Shown: in pieces, positions 54,033 through 64,000 of the stretch
Layout: each line of letters begins with the position of its first letter
How positions within the stretch are numbered: position 1 is the stretch's first letter
NCBI GenBank assembly: GCA_016748015.1
Contig: JAAOMT010000776.1
Span: forward strand, 248,001 to 312,000
Reading direction: 5' to 3'
DNA: 64,000 nucleotides
DNA from: Geosiphon pyriformis uo1
Lineage: Eukaryota > Fungi > Glomeromycota
Made by a program: the position numbers and the translations under genes
Notes under the pieces: model-generated
The model's input: only the letters and a program-made list of their open reading frames with translations
What the model was told of the DNA's origin: nothing
The model's database searches: none

Positions 54033-54815
54033 TGTTACTCATAAAAAAGAAAACAAATATAGAGAATAGTAGACCAATGAGGAAGTAGTAGTTAGTACAT
54101 GAGCACATTGCTCAACAATATGAGCATTGCTTAAAAAATCATAGCACATTGCTCAGAAATGTGAGTAATCTCATAAAACATAAAATTAAGTATATATAAC
54201 AGTAACATTAGAAGCAGAAAAGACAGATTTCTCAGTTTAGATTTAATCTAAGCTACCTTTTACATTACAAATATCAATAAATAATTATTTTCCATCTCTA
54301 TTCACTTTCCACTATTAATATTTTATGTTAATAATTGCTGACATTTAACTATACTAGAACAATAGCTCTTGATTACAGCTATTGACAAGATACTAATATT
54401 CATTGCCTTGGCTTATTTCTTTATTTTTTTTTATTTTTTTTTTATTTTATTTTGCTTTGTTATTTCTTGTTGTTGACTAATTAATTAAAAAGTAAAAGTG
54501 TTGAGTTATTGACATCATAGATAGCCTGATAAAAGACCCAGAAATAAGGGTATAAGATTTATAAATTAATGGATAGTTTACCAAAAGGGCACAACTGCCA
54601 GAATAAACTGGCTATCATACTAAAGACAGAAATTAGGAAAATAACTTGAGAGATCAACCAAAACCAGCCATAGTGAATCTCTGTTTATTATACAAAGGAT
54701 TCAACCAAAATCTTTAGATCATGAAAACCTTCAGAAATCAGCATCATTATATCAATTAAGCACCAAGTTATGGATTTGTTATTTGCTATAAGACCCCAAA
54801 TAATCACTTGTAACA
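54033..54815 (+). repeat. 5' LTR of copy F
   Basis: TGTTACTCAT...TTGTAACA; same subfamily as the copy E LTR. Confidence 0.92.
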
Positions 54816-57800
54816 TTTGGTGCTCTCTATAAGATATAATCCTACAGAGAACCAGCATTAACAACAATCATCCAAAAGTAGCAGAATTAGAAATAATAGG
54901 AACAAACCATTTAGGATTTGCTAAATTTTTATTTCAACAGTACAGCCAACAATTGGGCTTAACCAACAACCATTATCCAGCGAAATCAGTCTTCAACTTT
55001 TATGTCAATAAAAGAATCACAGATTTTCTGAAAAAACCAGTTAACATTGAATCAGCAAGGGAAAATTTTTATACAGAATTAATCTAACACACTAGCTTAT
55101 TACAAAATTACAGTTTTGCACCAATTATTAAAGAAATTAATCAAGAAATTAAAAGATACATGCAACAACAATTCTCTATTACTTACACAGATAAAGGCAA
55201 AGGAAAGTTACAAATACCAGCAGCAACTCCAAAAAAAATACAAGTATTAACATGAAAGAAACAAAGAATTGAATCTCCACTATATTCATTATATTATCAC
55301 ACACCTGGAAATACCATTAATATTGCATTAGCAGGTGTGTCTACATCAAATGCAACATCAACATTTGGACAACTACCTTTCCAAAGTAAACAAAAGAAAG
55401 TGGAATTATTAGAAACCTATGGTGATTACTTTGAAGGATTTAAATTGTGATCATCAACACCATTAAAATTCCAATCACTGCCATCTCCACCAGATTTTGG
55501 AACTACAAGTCCTTAGGAGATAATGACATTAGAAGAAAAAAAAGAAGGGAATCAAGAATTTAATTATTAAAATCCGATTGCAAAAAATCCAGAAGTTAAA
55601 ACTCTGAATATTCAAACCCAGCAAACTCAAAACAATCCAAACTCCAAGTTAATTAATTAGCAAAACTTATCTCTAGAAATCACCATTAATTAACAATCAA
55701 TTGATCTGATTGCTGAATTATTTCAACAGTCACCAGTACTATCCTAGCAATTACTACTTCAACTATCACAACAACCAAACTTGGATCCAATGGCCTATGC
55801 CCCAATAGCAAAACTCAAAAAATTCACAGGCAAAGAAAACAATGCCCAAGTATGACTGAATAATGTAAAAAAAGCCATTGTAGCCAACAGATGGAATGAT
55901 TCATGAGTCGTACAAGCCATTCTATACTTCTTTCAGAATACCACTGACTTGTGGTATCAGAACTTGGTTAACAAACCTTAAGATTTCAATGCATTTAAGC
56001 TTGCATTCCTGCAATATTTTAGCAATAATAATAGCATCAACTGATTGGCCAACACTTTTACTACCATCAAGCAAGAAGAAAATGAAGCAGTCACTACCTA
56101 CTTGGGATGCTTCTACAAAAATTTATGCCAAATTTAGGCCATACAGGCTGATTACTTTACAGTGCCACAAATCCTAAACCAATTCATTAGAGACCTGTGC
56201 AGTAGTATCCTTCAACATGTATGTCTATTGCATCTAGCAGACCTTCAAGCCACCATTACAAACATCAGAGATTTTGAAGCAGTGGAACTTGAAGCCAATC
56301 ATGTTCAAGCTGTAAATCTAGTAATGAATAGATTATCTGATTTGGATTCCAAATTGAAGCAATTCAGTGAATCAATTAATCAGAAATTAGAGAGATACTT
56401 AACTAACAACAATCAGGCAATTTATTAACTTCCTTAACAATACAATAATCAAGAAAACTCTAATCAACCGCATCCAACATCATTAACCAATTAACAGTGA
56501 CAACAGGAAACATGTAATTGTTACTATTATGGGAAACAAGAACACTTACAAATTGACTGCTGCTGTCACTTAAATAACTAATGATTGAAAAATCAGTATT
56601 GAAATCCTGATCACTGGTTTCAAACTCTGAGTTATCAACCCAATCCAGCACCATATAAACCAAATTACTTACCCATAACACAGCAGTTAATCTATTAACC
56701 ATTAATTTATTAGCTTTCAACAACTGTAGTTTATTAACTGTAGTTATAATCTATTTATCAGTTGTAGTTCCAAGTAATTTATCAACCCCAACAAATTCCA
56801 ACACTGCCATCAAACTCAGCTCAGATAACATCAGAAAATTCCGGATCAAAGATCACTCAAAACTGGAGATCAGCAATGGTTGTCCACCAACTGATTCTCA
56901 GCTCCTCAAACCAGTCATCAAAATCATGCCAGTGGAGTTCAGGAACCAGGTATACCCAAAACCTGAGTTCTTAGAACTATTTAAGTCTCTTAATAACTCC
57001 AAAAGATACCACATCTTATAACTTGGAAATTAAACAAAAGCAGCCACTTACCAACAATATACTACCAGTAACCATTATTGAGAACAAATCACTTACTGCT
57101 ATTTTCCCTTTTGAACTTGAGAAACCAGTTGAAATGCCACTATTTAGTGGAGCTGCCCTAGAATCAAAACTCATTACTGCAATATATATAGATGCTAAAG
57201 TTGATGGCCAGCACATTAAACTGATCCTAAACAGTGGATCAGCTGGCAGTATTATTACATAACAACTTATGGATCAATTAGATTACTGAGTTGATTGTGC
57301 TGCCAATGCACAAATAATCACAGCTGATGAGACAATGAAGACTCCAATCAGTGAAATAAATGACTTCCTATTTAAAGTCAACAGCATTATAATACTAATT
57401 AAGGTATTAGTAATAGAAACAATTTAGTACCAAGCTTTTATTGGACACAACTGGTTGTCCAAAACCAATGCAGTGCTTAACTGGAACACTCAAGAACTAC
57501 AGCTCAGTTAAAACAGCCATTACACATGTGTGCCAGCTTTTTGTGGTCATTTCAAGACCACTACCAATGACAAGCCACTCATTAAATTGGAAAAAGAAGA
57601 AAAAAAACTTACCTGAAAATCCTACCAAGTTTCCTGGGCTAACATTGAGCACAACAAGTTACCACCAGTACTTTCTTAGGACAACAAAGAGAAAGAAAAA
57701 AAAAAGATGCACCAGAAAAAAACATCACTACCAAGGAAATAACTAGTGGCTGGGAAAGATCCTACTCACATGAGCCATTAAAGCAACTGTTATATATTCT

Positions 57801-60800
57801 ATTCAAATGCCAAGATTGTGACAAGAAACTTTCTTTCTTAGGAGCTTGGATTGTGCTTAATAAAGATTACTGGACACGAACCCACTATTACTGCAAGCTG
57901 TATTACAGAAAATGGTATGGTTACTCAAACTGGCAAGACAAGTAGGACAACAAATCATGTCTCACTTGTGAAGAATAATTACTCGACAAGAGAATGTAAA
58001 ACAACATTCCTGGATGAGAAAAAATGTGCGACACTTCATGCCAGTACATAATCCTCATTAGTGACTGGGTAAGTCATGAGACTCTCATTACTGCAGCCTG
58101 GCACTGAGCAATTTTTTGTTTGGACAGTTACTCACACAATGAGAATGAAATCTAGCAAATGGCAAATGCCAAAGTTGAAAAAGCCATGTCCAGCAAAATA
58201 TTGGAAATCAAAAATAATCCTTTAGAACCAGTTGACATCATCTTTATTTTAAACTCTAATGCTTTTTTTGACATAGAGACAGATCCAGAAGAGTTTTACA
58301 AGTACTACCAGAATTTAGCATTTACAAGAGAAGAACAAAAACAGTGCTTGGAAGAGATAAACACCTGATTATGTGACTACTGTTTGATCCTATGTGACTT
58401 TCAGTATTGTAATAAGTGTAACCTCATTTACAATCTATTATTATGCATGATCTACACAATTTTAAAGAAAGAAGAACCAATCAACAGCTGCACATTAGAA
58501 TTGGAATCAACTTTTAATCCCGATTCAAACTCTGATAATAACAATGATAAAAACAATGGTTTTAGCTCTATGCAAATTGGCAAGAATAATTATGATAATT
58601 TAAACTCCAATTTAAACTCAGAACAATATATTGCACTCCCTGATCTCACCAAAAAACAAACTTTAAAATGGTTCAGCAATAATGATGAAGGTATTATGCC
58701 AGAATGTGTGCATGATACTGATGCAAGATTTGATCTAAGGTATTCAGGAAAAAATGCCATCAAATTGGAACCATATTTGTGCACATGCATTGATCTGAAA
58801 ATAGCCATGAAAATTCTAGCAATAACAATGGTTTAGTTAGCATCCAGGAGTAGTTTAGCAAAAAAAAAATCAACATCAGAGAAAGAATAATTGATGCAGG
58901 ATATGTAGGAAATATTATTGCAATGCTACAAAATGACTCGGAAAAAGCCTATATTATAGAGCCAAACAAAAAGATAGCACAGGCAATATTCCTGCCTCTA
59001 GTTAAAATAGCTTAATTAGTATCAGTGGAAAACAGAGAAAAATTAGGAATTACAGCTAGAGAGATACAAGGATTTAGATTAATGAGTAGAATAGATGTAC
59101 CAGTTAATATGGTAAAAGAAAAAGTTATTGACAAGAAAGAAATTATCTCCACTCATTAATCAATTTTCATTCCACCATATGACCAGTACATGATAGTTAT
59201 AGAGAAAAAAGTAAAAGATCAGATTCAGATTTTTGAAGCAGAAGCAAAACTTTGTGAATTAGGAGAGATTGGATTAGTTAATTTACACATACCAGCCAAA
59301 AACCACAGTTATATCAAAATTTTTATTTACAACAACATGAAAAATATTATCGAGATACCAGAAAGAACTATTATTAGATACTTAACCACCGAAATTGAAA
59401 AACAATCACCAAACCCCATTCCAGACTTTTCATAAATATGCAGATATATAGATATCACATTTCAAACAATATATGGACAAAAAAAATATTATTTGCTTCA
59501 GCCAGAACAATTAGAACAGATGAACTTGGGAAACTTAAACCCACTTTAACAAATGCAATTCAAGATATTACTCAACAACTTCAATGACATCTTTGCCAGC
59601 AAAAATGAATTTGGCAGAACTGACATAATCCAGCACCAGATCAAGACTGGAAATACAATGCCAATCAACCAAAGTGCATATTAAATATTACCAGCCAGCC
59701 ATGAGATTATTTGTTAAGAAATCAATTAAATGTTTGACAATAGGCTAATTCAGTTATCAATGAGCCCATGATCATCACTGGTAGTACTAATCCATAAAAA
59801 AAATGGGAAAATCTGCTTTTGTGTGGATTACTAGAAACTGAATGGAGGAACCAAAGGAGATAGTTATTTAACTTCAAAGATCCAAGAACTGTTTGATGCT
59901 TTTGGAGGAAAAAAATGGTTTTCAACTTTAGACTTAGACAGTGGCTATTGGCAAGTAGTCATGAAACCAGAAGATAAAGAGAAAACAGCTTTTACAACTC
60001 GAAAAAAAAATTTTAAATTTGAAGTAATGCCATTTGGCTTGATGAATACTCCCACCACATTTCAATGACTCATAGAAATTGTCTATACCAAACTGCTATA
60101 GAAATCAGTAGTCATGTATTTAGATAACACTAACATGTTCTCTAAAACATTCAATGATTATTTGCACCATCTCTAACAAGTATTTGAAAGACTAAGAAGA
60201 GCCAGATTGAAGCTAAATGCCACCAAATGCTTCTTTGGCAAAACAAAATTGAAGTTTTTGGGACATGTCATAAGCAAAGATGGCATTAAGACAGATCCAG
60301 ACAAAATTGAGATAATCAAAAACTTTCCAGTACTCACCAACTTGACTGAATTACGAGCATTCTTGGAATTTGTGGGATACTATCACCATTTTATCAAAAA
60401 CTTTTTCAAAATAGCACAGTCATTACACCAGCTCCAAACAAAAAACACCAAATATGAATGAACAGAAATACAGCAAAAAGCTTTTGATACATTAAAAAAA
60501 AAACTTATTCAAGCTTTAATATTAATCTATCCAGATCATAGTAAGCCATTCATAATTACAACAGATGCGTCAGGTCAAGCATTGAAAGCAGTACTATCTC
60601 AGAAAAAACCAGATGGACAAGAACACCCAGTAGCTTATACCAACAGAAGCTTAAATCCAGCTAAAAAGAACTATAGAACTCTAGCATTAGAACACTTAGC
60701 TATTTATTGGACTGTCATTAAATAGAAAGAATACTTGAGTCAAAAGTTTGATGTTTACACTGATCATAAAGAATTGACTTCAATCCAAAAGCAAAAATTT

Positions 60801-61484
60801 GGAGACAATCATCATGCAAGATGGAAAATAGAACTTTTACTATTTAATTATACAATACATTACAAAAAAGGAAAAGAAAACAGAAATACCAACAGTTTGT
60901 TATGAATAAGACAAATCTAAGAACATTTCAACCCAAAAATATAATAAAAAGATGAATATACAAAAATACCAACAATTCCAACATTATATAAATACCAAAT
61001 TGTTCAAGAAAAAATTATCTCAAAAAAAACAAAATAACATAAAACAACAATCAAAATATTTTATCAACCATCAAAATATACTTTACCAAAAAAACAAAAG
61101 AAATTCAGATCAACCAACCAGAGTAATTACAGAACCAAAAAAAGAGACAATATTATTTAATATGTACTCAGATCTAACAGCAAGACATTTTCATAAAAAA
61201 GCAATCATGGAAAGAACCAGGAAAAGATACTATTAGCCATTTATGTATCCAGATATTATCCAATATGTTCAAAATTGTGATGCTTGTCAGAGAAGAGAAG
61301 GAACAAAACTCAGTGAATCATTGAGACCAATCAAAGTAGGACAACTATTTGATCACATTAGAATTGACTTAGTTGGACCATTAACAATCACCAGCAGAGA
61401 CAACAAATATATTGCCATAGCCATGAATTATCTCACAAAATAGCCAGAAGCAAAAGTTATTTAAAGAGCAGATGCAAAATCCGT
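54033..61484 (+). mobile_element. Ty3/Gypsy copy F: 5' LTR 54033-54815, gag through RNase H, integrase interrupted by copy G
   Basis: PBS 54818; MAYAPIAKLKKF 55790; knuckle ~56520; protease LILNSG 57230; Cys-rich 57808-58420; dUTPase 58690-59090; RT/RH to TAA 60920; integrase ATG 60952. Confidence 0.92.
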
Positions 61485-62225
61485 TGTTATGGATAAACTT
61501 GGTGAGATATGGTGGTAATGTTTGGTGCTCTAATTTAGTATTTTAAGGTTGTATGTTTTTCACAGGATTGATGTTTATCAGTCTTTGAAGGTCTTTTCTG
61601 GATGAGAATTTACCTGTTGAGTTCTTTGGTTATAAGGCACAGAGTTTTGGTTTTCACTGATTGCAATTTTTTATAATGGTGAGCTTTTTTCTTTGAGCTA
61701 ATGAGCACAACTGTTAGGGTTTGGCATTGTCTTTCACTCTTCTGGTAAGCTATCAAAATAATGTTAATATCTAAAAACCTAAGGGAAGCTTCCTTTTTTT
61801 ATCAGGTTATTACAAAGTCTATTCCTAGACAGTTGATTTTTCTATGTTGCCATTCTACAAGAGAAAAATAAAAAAAATAAAAGAAAATAAAAGAAAAATA
61901 AAGAAATAAAGAAAATAAAATAAAGAAATAAGTGTTCTGTCAATAGCCATGATTAAGAGCTATTGTGCCAGCAGATTAAGTAGTGGATAATAACATAAAT
62001 TTGAAGAATTAAAGAGATATTTTATTAATATAATTCTATTTTGGTTGATAGCAACTATCTTTGAAAGGAGGAGTATTTAATAATTATGACCTGTGAATCT
62101 AATTAACTCTGAGAGTTTAATTGATTCCTGAAAGTCTAATTTTCTTTCTGCATGTCTTTTTAACTTCTACAGCTACTTGTTTTTATACATTCTTTTGTTC
62201 TACAGGATTGCTTTTGATTGCTTTA

Positions 62226-62382
62226 CTATTGCTAGTTATTGTTTTGTTATTACTAGCTATTGCTTATTATTGCTAGCTATTGCTCATTATTGCTAGCTAT
62301 TGTTCATTATTGCTAGCTATTGCTTGTTATTGTTAGCTATTGCTCATTATTGCTAGCTATTGCTTGTTATTGCTAGCTATTA
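62226..62382. repeat. 20-bp tandem repeat (TATTGCTAGCTATTGCTCAT)n in the LTR of copy G
   Basis: About 7-8 units visible directly. Confidence 0.9.
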
Positions 62383-63099
62383 TTTGTGTTTGTTCTATGT
62401 TACTTCAAGTTGTAACATGTTTTTTTTGTCACATTTTCCCATGACTTTTTGGTTTTTCTACTTGGGTAACATTATCTCTCTCTTTTAAAATTGAGCTTCT
62501 GCAAAATCTTCTAAATTTCTCTCTTGTTTCTATGTTGTTGCCATAATTTTTATTGCTATTTTTAAATCTATTTTGGTACGTAAATGATGTTTTTAAATTA
62601 TAAGAGTCTGTTCAAAATATCTAATTTCAAATCTTGTATTCATATTATGTGCACTTTCAGCCATAATGCCTTTATTATTATTACTGAATTGAGTTAATTT
62701 CTGCTCCATTGTAAGATCTAAAAGTGTAATATATTGTTTAGTGTTTAAAATGGAGTTTAAATCATTGTTGTCATTGTTGGTGGAGTTTGAATTGTTGTCA
62801 TCATCATCAGCAGAGTTTGAATCAAGATTAAGTTCTGATTCTGATTCTTGCTGATTGGTTCATCTTTCTTAGAGTTCAAATATATGATGTGTAGAAATGG
62901 ATTGTGACTCAGGACCGTCAAGTAAGTTTTGATGATTTGTTGATCAATTTTGGTACTACTGATTCTCAAAATTTTTTTCTTCTCTAAGTCTTTTTTATAT
63001 TGCCACTTTCCTAGTACTGACTTTTGGCATGGAAGAAGGCAGTCTTTACACAAGTAAGTATAAATCTGGGTAGTTTTTTTCTGGAATTCTTCCAACAGG

Positions 63100-63835
63100 T
63101 TTTTAAATAATTGGAGTTTTGAATTTCTAGAGGTTTGACAGATTTTATCTGAAATAAGTTTCCTTGTACAATAGCGGAATTGGACTTATTGGGTTTTGAA
63201 TGTTCAGGTTTTGAATGATCAAGTCTTAAATAATCAGAGTTTTAACTTTAACAAGTTTTACCGAAGATAAGTTTCTTTCTACATTAGTGGAGTTGAAATT
63301 TATTGGGTTTTGAATGTTCAGGTTTTAAACTATTGGGTCTTGAAGAATCAGAGTTTTAATGAGTTTTATTGAAGGTAAGTTTCTTTATACAATAGCAGAA
63401 TTGAAATTATTGGATTTTGAATAATTTTTGGAGTTTTTAATTTAACAAGTTTATTGAAAGTAAGTTCTTTATACAATAGTGGAGTTGAAATTATTGGATT
63501 TCGAATAATTTTCGGAATTTTTAATTTAATAAGTTTATTAAAGGTAAGTTTTTTATACAATAGCAGGGTTAGAATCATTGGGTTTTGAATAATTTTTGGA
63601 GTTTTTAATTTTAACAAGTTTTTGAACAATTGGGTCTTGAATAATTGGAGTTTTAATTTAATGAGTTTTATGAATTTATTAAAGATAAGTTTCAAATGTT
63701 CAGAGTTTTAATGATCGGATTTTAAATAATTGGAGTTTTAATTTAACAAGTTTTATGAGTTTATCAAAGGTAAGTTTTGAATGTTCAGAGTTTTAATAAT
63801 TGGGTTTTAAATAATCAGAGTTTTAATTTAATAAT
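63100..63835 (-). repeat. Degenerate tandem repeats (~84-bp and ~65-bp units) in the gag-derived interior of copy G
   Basis: 28-aa periodicity in ORF 63366-63695. Confidence 0.8.
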
Positions 63836-64000
63836 TTTTTCAAAGGAAATGCTAAAATAAAGATTTTGCAAATCCTAAGTGATTTTTTCTTTGTTTTCTC
63901 TTGGTCTTTCACTTTTGTGAATTTTTGGAGGGCTTGGTCTTTGTGGATTTATAATCTTACAAAGAGCACCAAATGTTATAGGTAAACTTAGTGGAGTATA

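Larger units (their letters stand above)
61485..64000 (-). mobile_element. Copy G: internally deleted non-autonomous LTR element (3' LTR 61485-62471, 1.5-kb interior, 5' LTR from 63974 to beyond the window)
   Basis: TGTTATGGATAAACTTGGTG versus TGTTATAGGTAAACTTAGTG; PBS 63957-63971; PPT 62472-62489. Confidence 0.85.

Noticed and set aside
62226-62382. CRISPR-like or satellite array (also 41288-41405 and 63100-63835)
   Set aside because: Head-to-tail repeats without unique spacers, inside LTR elements, no cas genes.

Overview
Very AT-rich eukaryotic repeat region made almost entirely of nested transposable elements; no host gene, RNA gene or CRISPR array can be supported. The proteins look like those of Glomeromycota (possibly Geosiphon-like) repeats; this is recognition from memory and unverified. 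Contents: (1) seven copies or fragments (labelled A-G) of one Ty3/Gypsy lineage, laid out as LTR - PBS - [gag, protease, three-finger Cys-rich domain, dUTPase, dUTPase-like domain, RT, RNase H] STOP - [integrase with its own ATG] STOP - [~220-aa ORF3] - PPT - LTR, plus two solo LTRs; (2) a second Gypsy family (H) with both LTRs and no dUTPase; (3) a Tc1-type DD34E DNA transposon; (4) two LINE-related elements. Nearly all copies are inactivated by heavy C>T/G>A mutation; copy A is the least mutated but is broken by assembly gaps. The most unusual feature is the three-cistron layout: integrase is split from Pol by a stop and a spacer whose frame is not conserved, and is followed by a conserved unknown ORF3. 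All alignments were done by eye; internal domain coordinates are approximate.
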